Positions 31,079 to 42,468 of a stretch of DNA of 64,000 bases are shown in pieces (the stretch's first letter is position 1; every line of letters starts with the position of its first letter). The notes beneath the pieces are model-generated. The model saw nothing but the letters and a program-made list of their open reading frames with translations, did not search any database and was not told the DNA's origin. The stretch covers positions 1,152,001-1,216,000 of the forward strand of contig CBDANS010000006.1 in NCBI GenBank assembly GCA_965197745.1, written 5' to 3'. Source of the DNA: Opitutales bacterium. GTDB lineage: Bacteria; Verrucomicrobiota; Verrucomicrobiia; Opitutales; PNEW01. A program made the position numbers and the translations under genes.

Positions 31079-32752
31079 TTATTCCGGTGCCCACGCGCGA
31101 GGGGCAATGCCATCGAGGTGTGTTTTGACATCGACAACCGCTGGTTTTCCCGCGGCAAACGCCTGGTCCAGCGCACTTGCCAGTTCAGTTGCTTTGTTGA
31201 CGGTTATACCCAGACAGCCTATCGATTCTGCTATCCTGGCGAAGTCGGCATCGGGGAAGAGCCAGAGATCATCAGAACCTGCCGTCTGTCCGCCGTAAAT
31301 ATCTTCAACTCCACCTTTTTCCTGGTTCAGTGAGTGATTGTTGTTGACCAGGGTAACGGTGTTGATCCCGTACTTCAACGCGGTTTCCAAGTCAGCCAGA
31401 TGGTACCAGATACCGCCATCACCCGTGAATAAGAGGACAGGTCGGTCCGGTTGGGCACATTTGGCCCCCATCGCCGCGGGTAGACCCCATCCCAGCGAAC
31501 CGGCACAGCGAATAAAGGTCTGATCAGGGTGTTTAAGGTCTATCATGGTGCCGGTCCATACCCCCGAATGGCCCGTGTCGGAAACAAGAATTGCGTCGGA
31601 TGGAAGGTAGTCGGTCAGTTCCCGGCAGAGACGCTCCGGCAGGATCGGCATGATGTCCGAGTTGACCTTATCGCTTACGCTTTTTTCCCAGGTTTGGACC
31701 AACATCTGCATGCGTTTAATCCATTCCGTGTGCGGTTCAGCCGTATCAGCCTGCTCAATCATTTTGCGCAGCGTGTTTCTAACATCGCCCTGCATCCCCA
31801 CTTTAATCGAATAATTGCGGCCCAGTTCCTCAGCGTTAATATCGAGTTGGATGACCGGCGTTCCCCGCGGCGGGATGGTGTAGCTGTTGGTGATCTGTCC
31901 CCCGGTATGACTGCCGATAAAGAAGACCAAATCGGCCTCGCAGAGTGTCTGGTTGGCGCAAGCCCTTGAGTATAAACCCGGAATACCCACGGCAAGGGGG
32001 TGATCATAAGGAAACATGGCTTTGGCATTGAGGGAAGTGGCTACCGGAATTGAGAGTTTCTCGGCCAGGGCGATCAGTTCAGCGCGAGCGCCCGAACTGG
32101 TTACACCACCGCCAGCAACGATGACCGGCCGGTCGGCCCGGTTGAGTAACTGAAGCGCTGCCGAAATTTTTTCGGTCTCCGTTTCCGGACGGGAAGGGGG
32201 CAGATGGGTAAACATCTCTTCGATGATGACCTCCAAATCGGCCTCCTCATTAACGACCATTCCTCCTTCAAGGCCCTCCAGGTTCAGATGAACGGGGCCG
32301 GGTGTCCCCGATGTAGCTGAGCGGAAGGCCTGGCGTAAATAGATAGGGAGTTGTTCCGGATTGGAGACAAAAGCGCTGTATTTAGTGACGGCCGAGAAGG
32401 GATTGACATGATCGACTTCCTGGTAGGCGTGACGTTGTTGGTGGATCTGGTATTCCCGTCCGGTTATGGCAATGACCGGAGAACAGGCGAGGTAGGCGTC
32501 CTGTAAACCCGCGGCGAGATTAACCGCGCCCACCGATTGGGCCATACAGAGACCGGGGCTGCGGTTTACGCGGGCGTAAGCATCAGCCATATACGCAGCT
32601 GCTTTTTCACCGTGGGTTTGAATCCGCTTTATCCCCAGTTTTTCCATTTCCATCAACGCCCGGGGGGCGATATAGGGCATATAGAAAACATGGGTTAATC
32701 CGTGTCCATGGAATGTATCGGCAATGAATTTAGCGCCAGTCATTTTAGTCAT
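31079..32752 (-). CDS. Thiamine-diphosphate-binding enzyme (acetolactate synthase-like)
   Basis: HGEKAAAYMADAYAR, GSLGWGLPAAMGA, GDGG...NN. Confidence 0.92.
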   Translation of the reverse strand: MTKMTGAKFIADTFHGHGLTHVFYMPYIAPRALMEMEKLGIKRIQTHGEKAAAYMADAYARVNRSPGLCMAQSVGAVNLAAGLQDAYLACSPVIAITGREYQIHQQRHAYQEVDHVNPFSAVTKYSAFVSNPEQLPIYLRQAFRSATSGTPGPVHLNLEGLEGGMVVNEEADLEVIIEEMFTHLPPSRPETETEKISAALQLLNRADRPVIVAGGGVTSSGARAELIALAEKLSIPVATSLNAKAMFPYDHPLAVGIPGLYSRACANQTLCEADLVFFIGSHTGGQITNSYTIPPRGTPVIQLDINAEELGRNYSIKVGMQGDVRNTLRKMIEQADTAEPHTEWIKRMQMLVQTWEKSVSDKVNSDIMPILPERLCRELTDYLPSDAILVSDTGHSGVWTGTMIDLKHPDQTFIRCAGSLGWGLPAAMGAKCAQPDRPVLLFTGDGGIWYHLADLETALKYGINTVTLVNNNHSLNQEKGGVEDIYGGQTAGSDDLWLFPDADFARIAESIGCLGITVNKATELASALDQAFAAGKPAVVDVKTHLDGIAPRAWAPE

Positions 32753-32994
32753 TATGCTTACATCTCCTGATTATATTTTACCTGGTTAGCACCCTCAGTT
32801 GGCTAGAACAGGTAGATTCGGAATTGAATGCTCACTCGGATCTTCACGCTGCCATCTGGAATCGATATGATTTACTACCAGGCTTCCGGGCAATAGGACG
32901 TATCCTGTTTAATTACGGGTTTATGTAACTTTCCCCCCGCTGTTACGAAAAACAGCAGCGATGTCTTAAAAAGGTGAGAACTTATTGAGATCGA

Positions 32995-33300
32995 TCACTT
33001 ACTATAACCGTTTAATTTATACAGGGTGTATTTGACCGTAATTTCTTCCCCGGTTTTAATCTCTCTATTGGTTTCCATCAAAGTACAATCATCGCGTTCT
33101 AACTTAGAACAGTTTGGGGTGTCACTGTGATTTACATAACCCCCCAGAGGCGTGCGAATGGCGCCGTGATCAAATCTTTCATCCTTAATGTGAATGATGC
33201 CTAAAAGCGTCCCTCGCGGGAGGTCTTCTTTTGCGTAGATACCAAATCCATGAAGGGGGGATGCTTTGATGGTAAGAAAGTCGGGTAATGGTTTATACAT
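32995..33300 (-). CDS. Small SET-domain protein
   Basis: HGFGIYAKEDL, YVNHSDTPNC, IKTGEEITVKY. Confidence 0.9.
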   Translation of the reverse strand: MYKPLPDFLTIKASPLHGFGIYAKEDLPRGTLLGIIHIKDERFDHGAIRTPLGGYVNHSDTPNCSKLERDDCTLMETNREIKTGEEITVKYTLYKLNGYSK

Positions 33301-33434
33301 AATTCAAGGGTTTGTTTAGTAGATGATGACCCATCTTTTTTTTATTTTAAATCACCGCAGTCAAGAAAAAGATAAAGATATAGCTTATAAATTGAAAATA
33401 TACGCATTTCTAATCCCCTGGCAGACTTTTTTGA

Positions 33435-34343
33435 CTAGATGCGGTAATATATTTCCGCGTTTTTCCAGAACAAACGTGAACGTTCCCTCTCGGAAAAATC
33501 TTTGACAATCTCAGCATAGGCGCCCCATAGCCGGCTGTAGCCGGACATGATTTTATCGACGGGAAAATTACTGGCGAACATGCAGCGTTCGACTCCCATG
33601 ATCTCAATCGCACCCAGGACAAACGGTCTTATCATTTCCATGGTCCAGTTTTTGTTCATCATGGGCAAAGCCGAGATCTTGACTGAGACCTGCGACGCCT
33701 CGGCAAGTGATTGAAGTCCGGACTTCCACTGGTCCAGGTTCGATAGGTCCAAGTCTTTCGGCATTCCGGTGTGATTTAATATGATCGGAACCTCCGGGAT
33801 TTTTTTCGCAAGCTGGGCGGCCTCCTCCAGCTGCCATGGCCAGATCTGCAAATCGAAAGATAAATTGTTTTTACCCAGGAATCGAAAGCCACGCTGCCAA
33901 TCGGAATCGTTCATGAGGTGATTGTGATCAGTGAATCGAAGAGTGGAGTCTTCCGCAAAATTTAACATTTGACGAATACCGCGCATGTTCGGGTGCTCTA
34001 TGTGACGGGCCAGTGTATCGGCGACTTCGGGTGTGGATAAATTCGCAAACCCCACGATGGCATGGGGCATACCGCGGGAATACGGGTCGTCGGCAACAGA
34101 CTGAAGCCAGGCCGTCTCTTTCACGGGATCTTCGTCGTGATCGAACTCTACCTGGATATGAACGCACTTGTGCAGTTCAACGGCTGAGGCATCATTATGC
34201 AGGTCGACAATAAGGTATGACTTGGCGAGGTCAGAAAAGTCACCCGCGAAATGAGAAATGGGTTCGACAAGCCAGGGGTAGTGATTTTTTTCGAGATCCC
34301 AGAGGTGGATGTGCGTATCAATAATTTTCATCGTGGATTTCAT
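33435..34343 (-). CDS. Amidohydrolase_2 family protein (L-fuconolactonase-like)
   Basis: IIDTHIHLWD, ILNHTG, MFASNFPVD. Confidence 0.9.
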   Translation of the reverse strand: MKSTMKIIDTHIHLWDLEKNHYPWLVEPISHFAGDFSDLAKSYLIVDLHNDASAVELHKCVHIQVEFDHDEDPVKETAWLQSVADDPYSRGMPHAIVGFANLSTPEVADTLARHIEHPNMRGIRQMLNFAEDSTLRFTDHNHLMNDSDWQRGFRFLGKNNLSFDLQIWPWQLEEAAQLAKKIPEVPIILNHTGMPKDLDLSNLDQWKSGLQSLAEASQVSVKISALPMMNKNWTMEMIRPFVLGAIEIMGVERCMFASNFPVDKIMSGYSRLWGAYAEIVKDFSERERSRLFWKNAEIYYRI

Positions 34344-34400
34344 AGAGCCTTCATTTTACGGGGCAACAACCGTATGGCAAAATTGGCATTCGAGGCAGGT

Positions 34401-35345
34401 TTATTTTTCGATAAGACCCGTGATGAATGCCTGAAGTTCATCCTGTTGTTGATCATTGAACGTGTAATAAGGCGGTCTGCGGTAGCGTTTCGAATGGCCG
34501 GCAAATTCCAATATGCCGTGAACCGCCGCGTCAAAGCCACCTTCTACGGCATTTTCGCCAACAGCTTTTATATAATCAAATAAAGGCATATCGTAGTCAC
34601 GTATGAAATCGGTGGCTGTTTTCATATCCCCTTCGGATATGGCATTCCAATAGCGCCACGCCAATTCCGGGCAAAAGAGAATAAATAATGAGAAACCGCC
34701 ATCCACGCCATAGGGCAGCATGTTCATATGATTCTCTTTTAACCCTCCCGCGATTATCGCCCAATGGTCATGGGCAATAAGGCATACCTTTCGAACAAAT
34801 ACGCCGCCAACATCGTCCTTGAGAGCAACCACCCCGGGCGCGCGATTAACAAGGGCCTCGATTACTTTGTAAGCAAAAGCCTCCGGACGGTTTCTTAAAT
34901 AATTTGTTACAATCATAACAGGGATATGCTCACCTGCGGCACTGTAATGTGCGACGAGTGTTTCTACGGTTGTCGAACCCGCCCAGTCGGGAGGTAAAAC
35001 CATGAGCATATCCGCCCCCAGGTCCGCGCAGTATTTCGCGAATGCTTTTGTTTTTCCCGTCCACCATTGATGGGTGGCTGCAACGACCATGGCGCGATTA
35101 TTGACGTGCTTAACGACCACTTTGGTAACCTCTGTGACTTCACTATCATTGAGAAGGGAAAATAAACTGTCACCCCATGTAAGAATAACGTTCTTAGCAC
35201 CTGCCTCGATGACATAGTCCAGTTGCCGACACAGACCACCCCAGTCAATCTCACCATCTGATTTAAAAGGGGTTCGAATTGACGGACAGGGACCGGAGAG
35301 AGCGGTCCGAAGTTCGGGGGGGCATTTCTCAATAGTGTGAACCAT
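34401..35345 (-). CDS. Dihydrodipicolinate synthase family aldolase/lyase
   Basis: TPFKSDGEID, GADMLMVLPP, Schiff-base VALKDD. Confidence 0.88.
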   Translation of the reverse strand: MVHTIEKCPPELRTALSGPCPSIRTPFKSDGEIDWGGLCRQLDYVIEAGAKNVILTWGDSLFSLLNDSEVTEVTKVVVKHVNNRAMVVAATHQWWTGKTKAFAKYCADLGADMLMVLPPDWAGSTTVETLVAHYSAAGEHIPVMIVTNYLRNRPEAFAYKVIEALVNRAPGVVALKDDVGGVFVRKVCLIAHDHWAIIAGGLKENHMNMLPYGVDGGFSLFILFCPELAWRYWNAISEGDMKTATDFIRDYDMPLFDYIKAVGENAVEGGFDAAVHGILEFAGHSKRYRRPPYYTFNDQQQDELQAFITGLIEK

Positions 35346-35366
35346 AAATAATTCGTCAGACGTATA

Positions 35367-35963
35367 TTACTCTTTCTCGGTGTAACAGGACTCGACGATG
35401 GACGGATTTAAGAGGGAAATTTCTTTTGCAATCTCGTCGGTGGTATAGCGCGGCGTGATGTGTTGAGGGCAATTCCAATCATATGCGCGAATTTTCATGA
35501 TAAATATACGCTCGATGTGAGCTTCGTAGTCAGGCATTTCAACGCTCTTTACCAACTCAGGTTCTTCGTTGGCATGATGCACTTCGCTCTCGGCCCAGAT
35601 CTTCAGACGCTGCTTTGTCGGATAATCAATTAAAAACAGGGAAGTCTTTTTAGTGCTGATTATATTTCCGGAGCTGATGTACTGACGGTTTCCCCGGAAA
35701 TCAGCAAAGCCCAGGGTGCTATCGTCGAGAACTTTCAAGAAACCTATCGGTCCGCCGCGGAATTGAACATAGGGCCAACCGTTATCACCGACGGTTGCGA
35801 GATAAAAGCTGTCACGACTTTCAATAAAAGGTTTTTCGCGATCGGTAAGAACGTAACGATCACCCGAAAGTTCCATACGTGAGTAGGATTTGCGCGAGCC
35901 ATACTGCTCCTGAAACTGCTTTACGCTCTCGGTAAAAGCATACTTTGTGAAATTTTCATTCAT
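35367..35963 (-). CDS. Pyridoxamine 5'-phosphate oxidase family FMN-binding protein
   Basis: FYLATV..GWPYVQFRGGP.GFLKV, DWNCPQHITPR. Confidence 0.92.
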   Translation of the reverse strand: MNENFTKYAFTESVKQFQEQYGSRKSYSRMELSGDRYVLTDREKPFIESRDSFYLATVGDNGWPYVQFRGGPIGFLKVLDDSTLGFADFRGNRQYISSGNIISTKKTSLFLIDYPTKQRLKIWAESEVHHANEEPELVKSVEMPDYEAHIERIFIMKIRAYDWNCPQHITPRYTTDEIAKEISLLNPSIVESCYTEKE

Positions 35964-36124
35964 TTTATTTCCTTTCACTTAATTTATTTACAGGAGGCTA
36001 TATTTCTGAGGGATTAACTGTCGAGGATTTGAGGCAGCTTACTTTCCTTGTATATTTAATTTAATGCGGATTTAATTACCTGTTACCGGGTCATTTTCTT
36101 CAAGATTATTTAGCATGCAAGGTT

Positions 36125-36608
36125 ATGAGAACGCTTCGTGAATATTGGGTATTCGCGATTATTTTAAAGGCTGCGATCATCATGGGTCTCCTGGGCTGCT
36201 CGGAGAACAATGATTCCAGAACTGAAATCGAACGGGATGTGCCGAAACGAGGACCCGTAAATACTGAAGGATTCCGCTTTCATTACACCGGTCCGTTCCC
36301 CACAACCTTCAGTGAAGCTCCAGAACTTGCTAAAATGGTCGAAGAGGGTAAATTGCCGCCAATCATAGACCGCCTTCCGGAGGAACCCCTGGTTGTTCCC
36401 CCTATCGAGAGGATCGGGCAATACGGCGGCACCTGGAAGCGCGGATTCACCGGGCCTATTGACCGTCAAAATATCGACCGGATTATGCATGACCATATGG
36501 TCTATTACGACCTGGACGGACATACCCTGATGCCGCATATTGCGAAAGGTTGGGATATGAGCGAAGACGGAACTACCTTTACTTTCCATCTGCGCAAGGG
36601 GATGAAGG
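36125..36608 (+). pseudogene. 5' part of a family-5 ABC substrate-binding lipoprotein, cut by IS-A copy 2
   Basis: Lipobox LLGC, FSEAPEL..LPP..DRLP, FHLRKGMK then the IS. Confidence 0.9.
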
Positions 36609-37926
36609 TGGTCGTGACCACGAAAACTGGTACACTTGAAAAGTTAGTCTGGGTAACCTAGAAAGGACTCAGACAATGAAAGGCAAAAGATACACAACTG
36701 AAGAGAAAATACGGATGCTGCGGCAGGCGGACAAAGGGAAAACGATCCTGGAAGCATGCCGCGAGAACAACATTAGCGAACAGACTTTCCACCGCTGGAA
36801 GCGTGAGTTTGGGATGATTGATGTCGACCAGGCCAAGCGGATGAAGGAACTCTTTGAAGGAGAACGCGCGGTTAAAACGGATGCTGGCGGACAAGATGCT
36901 GGGGATAGAGATCCTGCAGGAGACCCTCGAAAAAAAACTGTAAGCCCTGGGCACAAGCGGCAAGTGGCAGAGAGACTTGTGGCTCGGGGCCAGTGTTCGA
37001 TGCGAGCGGGGTGCCGGTACTTTCGGCTGCACCGTTCCACCTATGCGTATAAGGCGAAGCATCCGGATGCTTGGTTAATGAAACTGAAGGCGGCAGTAAG
37101 GCGGTTATCACGGCAATATGCCAGGTGGGGCTATCCGAAGATCACGAAGCTGTTGAAAGACGAAGGCTGGGAGGTGGGTAAACGTCTCGTGCAAGGTCTA
37201 CGACGCGAACTGGGCTTGGCGATCCCCCAACGCAAGCCAAGACGTCGGGGCAGGGGTGTTTCCACCGGGCTGCCGACCAAGGCCGAACATCCCGGCCATG
37301 TTTGGACCTGGGATTTTATCCACGATAAGACGGTCCGCGGTGGCAGTTTAAAAATGTTGACCGTGCTCGATGAGTACACCCGCGAGTGTCGAGTGATCCA
37401 TGTTGATCGCCATATCAATGCGGAAACGGTGCGCGGTATCATGCAAAAACTGCTTGCCCGTCATGGGCCGCCACAATATATTCGCAGTGACAACGGTTCC
37501 GTTCCGAGGAGCGAAGCGACGACATGCGAAGCCATTCATTGAAAAGGAATTGAGAGCCTGGCTAACTGCGATGAAAATCAAAACCCTCTATATCGAACCA
37601 GGAAGCCCTTGGCAGAACGGATACATCGAATCGTTGCATGCCCGTTTTCGCGAGGAGTGTTTAAACCGTGAACAGCTATGGACTTTGACCGAAGCCCGCG
37701 TGGTGATCGAGGACTGGCGCTGGCTTTACAATAATGTCCGACCCCACCGCAGCCTCGGCAATATCACCCCACGGTGCTTCGCTGAAGACATTAATACCGA
37801 AGGCTTGGGCTCCATTCGGGCTACGCCCTCATTGCGCCCAAGCCTTGACTTCCTCTACCAACTTAACTTCAACATTAACCTCTCCAGACTAACTCTCTCG
37901 GTGGACCAGTTTACGTAACCCGATCA
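36609..37926 (+). mobile_element. IS-A copy 2, almost identical to 3348..4665
   Basis: Same IRs and identical translated transposase ORFs; no flanking direct repeat. Confidence 0.95.
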
Positions 37927-37970
37927 GGTGCAGACACTCCCGTGAGTTAACATTAGCTTTATGGAGTCAA

Positions 37971-38957
37971 ATGAACGAAGACCGAATAAAACATTTTCTT
38001 GTAGAAATTGGAATTAAAGGAGCGGATGATATCTATCGAAAGTCTTATTTCAGCAATGATTTTACGGATAGGCAGATTTATGTCGTAGAAAATAGTGCAA
38101 TAATAAAAACCTATAGTCGAAACGCACTTGGCAGTTATACGCTTGAGCAATATCTTGGGTCCATTATTGAGCAAGAAAACATATGGGCACCTCAGATTCT
38201 AGGGTATGCTTCATATGATGACGAAGCCTACCTTGTATTAGACTTCGTTGCCGGTCCCGTGTTGAATGATGTATATCAACAGCTGTCGTTTCATGACTAC
38301 TGCTTCATGCTAAGCTCATTGGGAAAAGCGATGCATTCGTTTCATTCCGTAAGCTTAAACGATAGACTGAATGTTCCTACCATTAAAGGGCATTCACCAA
38401 ACCATGTAACCGAGTCCAAGCAAAGATGGCGTGATTACACTGTTACCCTTGAGGCATTGTGCGATGCTGAACTGGTGACTCATATCGGCAAGACTGTCAT
38501 TTGCAGCTGTATTGACAATGTGTCTGACAGGGCGTTTTCAACAGATACCGTATTAAGCCATACGGATATTCACAACGAGAACGTGATGTTCGATAAGCGA
38601 AACTCGGAACGGCCGATCTCGATCATCGACTGGGAAATGGCCGCGATCCAGCCCAAGGAGCTGGACTTCGTTCATCCACTCCTGAATATCTTAGGTGAAG
38701 GATTTCCTGGGAGGCGTTTGGCCAATCAAGTCGTCTGTGGCAGTCAGAACGAGTTTCTAAGATCATTTGAAGATGGATATGGAGAGAGAATTGATTGGGA
38801 GGTTGTGATTTGTCACAGTTTTCTCTGGTATCTGGAATGTGCTCTCGAATCACATAATGAAGGTGAGGAAAGTTTAAGAAACTTCTATATTAAAACAGGA
38901 TTGGGTGGCTTGGAGTTTATAGGAGGGACTCAGTTAGATGAACTAACAAATGTATGA
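37971..38957 (+). CDS. APH/choline kinase family phosphotransferase
   Basis: HTDIHNENV, IIDWE. Confidence 0.87.
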   Translation: MNEDRIKHFLVEIGIKGADDIYRKSYFSNDFTDRQIYVVENSAIIKTYSRNALGSYTLEQYLGSIIEQENIWAPQILGYASYDDEAYLVLDFVAGPVLNDVYQQLSFHDYCFMLSSLGKAMHSFHSVSLNDRLNVPTIKGHSPNHVTESKQRWRDYTVTLEALCDAELVTHIGKTVICSCIDNVSDRAFSTDTVLSHTDIHNENVMFDKRNSERPISIIDWEMAAIQPKELDFVHPLLNILGEGFPGRRLANQVVCGSQNEFLRSFEDGYGERIDWEVVICHSFLWYLECALESHNEGEESLRNFYIKTGLGGLEFIGGTQLDELTNV

Positions 38958-39056
38958 AAAGTTAAATCGAGTCAGGCCATGTATTCCGGTAAAATAGTAA
39001 AATGCCAGTACCGAGCCTCGAAACTGCGGGACGACAGTTCACATGCAGCGCATGAC

Positions 39057-39989
39057 TTATTTCTCTTCAATCGCCGGATCGCCGTCGTTATCATCGACAG
39101 ATTGGTTGGATAAAATTTGAATTAATACAGCTCGATTCGGTCCGGAAGCAACTATCTGGCATTCGAAATTCTCGTTAACATCTATTGACGACTCCGCCGC
39201 TATTCTGTATTCTCGTTCTGCAGCCCCGAGAAATGTAGATTGGGATCTAAACGCATCCCTGGTGTAGTGTTCTGCAGATAGCCTCAGTCTAACTAATCTC
39301 TCTTCTTTCGCATTGTTTACTATCCGAAAATGCGTATGCGCAACGTTTTCTTCAAATCCCCATGTTGTATCAACTATCTCAATTTCGCTTTGCTTCAGGA
39401 GTGCGTAAATGAGCGATACAATAAGGCAAGCAGCGATAGTAGACCAAAACATCAAAGCATTTCCTTTTTTCCTTTTTTTCATCGACGTAGTTTGTATGCC
39501 AGGCTGTGGGGTGCGGTGCGATTGTAACCTATCGAACCTTTGGCGATTCTCGAAGACATCACTCTTCACGTATGGATTGGATTGCTTCGACCCTCCTTTA
39601 ACTGTCGCCGTTAATTCGCTCATCCGCTTGTCAATTTCGGTCTGGAGCCCTTTACCGACAAAACCAGAACACTTATTATAGAAGAACAATGCTTTTTCGA
39701 AGTTTTCAATCTTCGTGTCATTGCATTCGCTTCCTATTCCTTTCGCTCGATAAATTTCACTCATCAAGTAGCTTTTCTCGATAACCATTCGATCTGATTC
39801 CTCGAAAAGACGATAGACTTCGTCAACCGAGAGTGAAAGCAACATGCTTGCTGGCAAGCCAATCCATTGGCCGGTTATTTCATCAAGATCTGCTTCAATA
39901 CTTTCTTGAGAGGAGCTTTGATTGAGGATGCGGCGAATAAATTCACCTATCTGTTGAATCATCCGTAAAATATAATCTTCTCGAATCAT
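39057..39989 (-). CDS. DUF6483-like N-terminus, TM helix and C-terminal beta domain; hypothetical
   Basis: MIREDYILRMIQQ start; one TM segment. Confidence 0.7.
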   Translation of the reverse strand: MIREDYILRMIQQIGEFIRRILNQSSSQESIEADLDEITGQWIGLPASMLLSLSVDEVYRLFEESDRMVIEKSYLMSEIYRAKGIGSECNDTKIENFEKALFFYNKCSGFVGKGLQTEIDKRMSELTATVKGGSKQSNPYVKSDVFENRQRFDRLQSHRTPQPGIQTTSMKKRKKGNALMFWSTIAACLIVSLIYALLKQSEIEIVDTTWGFEENVAHTHFRIVNNAKEERLVRLRLSAEHYTRDAFRSQSTFLGAAEREYRIAAESSIDVNENFECQIVASGPNRAVLIQILSNQSVDDNDGDPAIEEK

Positions 39990-40255
39990 ATGCCTTCATG
40001 CCCCCAAGCGCTATGACGTGCGCCGACTTGTTAGCGTGCTTTGGTCAGGGTTCAGGTTAATCGCGAGAATGGCGAGCCGAAAGAACGGTCCCTTTATCGG
40101 TTCCACTTTAGCGAAAACGACTGACTGAATTTGTGAAATCCTTGAGGAAATAAGAGTGAGCGCTTCCGAAGCAGAATTGACCTTCTTCTATTATAGCCCA
40201 ATAAATGCTTATTCTTTTGGACTTTTCAGAATCCGTTCAACTCTTTTAGCAAACA

Positions 40256-41077
40256 ATGTCTATAATCAACACAGTAGATCATGAGCACGCATCTCGCTTT
40301 AAAGCAAATAGTGTTGTGGAACGGTATGGGTTTCGTTCTCCTTATCACCGGGATATAATTGATTTTCTCATTTCACTGATCCCTGAGCATGCGACAGCCG
40401 TACTGGATGCCGGTTGTGGACCGGGAAAGATCGCGCGTGAATTAATAGGTAAGGTTGATCGCATCGATGCTGTTGATTTCTCGGAAGAAATGATCCGACT
40501 GGGCAAATCATTGCCTAATGGCGACAATCCTAAAATCTGCTGGATGCACTCGAGAATTGAAGAGGCAACACTCAATCCGCCCTACGGTCTAATAGTTGTC
40601 GGTGCCAGTTTGCATTGGATGGAGCTGAATCTTGTTTTTCATAAGTTTAATGATGCGCTCGATCCAGCTGGCTCTCTAGTTATTATTGATGGGGATGGCC
40701 CCTGCAAAGTCCCTTGGGAGGAATTTCGAAATGATCTGATTTCCGAGTATTCAACCTATAAAGACTTCGTTCCCTTTGATGCGGTAAAAGCGTTGGAAAG
40801 CTCGGGTTATTTTTAGTTGATTGAACATCGCGTAATGGGGCCTTACGATTTCAATCAAACGATTGACCAATTTCTGAACGCAGAACACTCGCGAGCGTCT
40901 CTCTCAATAGAAGGACTGGGGGAAAACAAACGAAATGAATTTGACTGTAAAATGAAGGAAATTCTTCAACCGTTTATCGAAAATGGTATTTTAAAATACC
41001 AAGTAAAAACACGGGTCGTGTGGGGAAAAGCCATACACTGTGAACAGGATAACCAGATGAATAGTTCTACAGCGTAA
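40256..41077 (+). pseudogene. Class I SAM-dependent methyltransferase with an in-frame TAG at 40814
   Basis: VLDAGCGPG, SLHW; the frame continues past the stop to 41077. Confidence 0.85.
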
Positions 41078-41907
41078 TGGCTAAACATATAGAAGAATTG
41101 AATAGGAAAATGTTCTCTTCTGCTTCTAAGTTTCTTGAGGGAAGCAGAAGTGAAATGGATAAATCCTATATCAATTTCATTTCTGCAGCTATAAAGAATA
41201 AAGGCGTAACTAATTTTTTGGACATCGGTTGTGGGTTAGGATTCTTAACGAAAATCACAAAATCACTTGTCCCCAAATCTAGTGCAACGGGAGTAGATAT
41301 TTCTCCTGAATTAATTGAAATTGCTAAAAGAGATTCAGACGAGACATACAATTTTAAAGTCGATGACGCGTACGATTTATCATTTGAATCGGATACTTTT
41401 GATCTAACTATATGTCAGACTTTATTTATGCATTTATCACAACCTGAGAAAGCGTTGCGTCAGATGATTCAGGTTACTAAGCCGGGAGGTCAAGTTTTAG
41501 TAATTGAACCAATAATTCACTCTGACGGAAAGAATAGCTATGTTCCTGGAGAAGGATCAGTGAAAAAGATGCAAAGAGACAAGCTACATCGCTTTGATCA
41601 GACTCAAAAGGAAAGTGGAGGAATTGATATGTTTATTGCACCTAAGTTACCGAGTCTGTTTTTACAAAATAACTTAAATGACGTTCAAGTAACCTCTTTC
41701 AATCATTTTATATTAAAGACAGATTTAGTTTCAGAAAAATTAGATAAGGTTGAATTAAGTTCATATTATAAAATGATGATTTCATTAGGTTATCCAAAAT
41801 CCGAAATTGAAGAACTATTAAAGAATGAAGCTTTGTATAAATCCGTCCCAGGTGAGTTCAATTTTATAACATTGCTTGCGGTATCTGGCATTAAACCAAA
41901 TACATAG
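41077..41907 (+). CDS. Class I SAM-dependent methyltransferase
   Basis: FLDIGCGLG, GVDIS, TKPGG. Confidence 0.9.
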   Translation: MAKHIEELNRKMFSSASKFLEGSRSEMDKSYINFISAAIKNKGVTNFLDIGCGLGFLTKITKSLVPKSSATGVDISPELIEIAKRDSDETYNFKVDDAYDLSFESDTFDLTICQTLFMHLSQPEKALRQMIQVTKPGGQVLVIEPIIHSDGKNSYVPGEGSVKKMQRDKLHRFDQTQKESGGIDMFIAPKLPSLFLQNNLNDVQVTSFNHFILKTDLVSEKLDKVELSSYYKMMISLGYPKSEIEELLKNEALYKSVPGEFNFITLLAVSGIKPNT

Positions 41908-41964
41908 ATTTGATTGGGTTAAAAACGTAGAACATAGGGTAGAAAATAAATAACACGAACCGCT

Positions 41965-42435
41965 ATGAATCCTCAGTACGACGACCAATGTGAATCATGT
42001 AAAAACCTGCAAGGACAGATACGATTATCTAATGCACCAAGAATATTTGAAACTGCTCATTGGATAATTGAACACGTGCATCCCACTTCGGTAGAGGGAT
42101 GGGTGGTGTTGGTTTTAAAGAGACATTGCAAAGCCCTTCATGAACTAACTGCAGATGAATATTCAGAATTTAGTAAATTGCTTAAATCCGTTTGTGAAGC
42201 ATTACACAGTATACTAGATACAGAAAAAGAATACGTCATGCAATTTGCAGAAATGGCTGGATTCCACCACGTTCATTTTCATGTAATTGCCAGAGGAAAG
42301 GACTGGCCTGCAGAACTCAAAGGGCCACGAGTATTTTCTGGACACGGGGAAAAGGTGGAAAATCCTTTGACGTCCGAAGTAACAATTTCAATCGCGCTTA
42401 AAATTCAAAGTTATCTTCAATCACATTTTGAGTGA
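41965..42435 (+). CDS. HIT family protein
   Basis: CxxC and HHVHFHVI triad. Confidence 0.88.
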   Translation: MNPQYDDQCESCKNLQGQIRLSNAPRIFETAHWIIEHVHPTSVEGWVVLVLKRHCKALHELTADEYSEFSKLLKSVCEALHSILDTEKEYVMQFAEMAGFHHVHFHVIARGKDWPAELKGPRVFSGHGEKVENPLTSEVTISIALKIQSYLQSHFE

Positions 42436-42468
42436 TGACTTTTATTATACTTGGTGAACTGAATTTCT

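Noticed and set aside
36600..36614. IS-A left end TGGTCG coincides with the expected W-S codons of KGMKWSDG
   Set aside because: An extra G breaks the frame and the other IS-A copies show no such micro-homology; probably chance.
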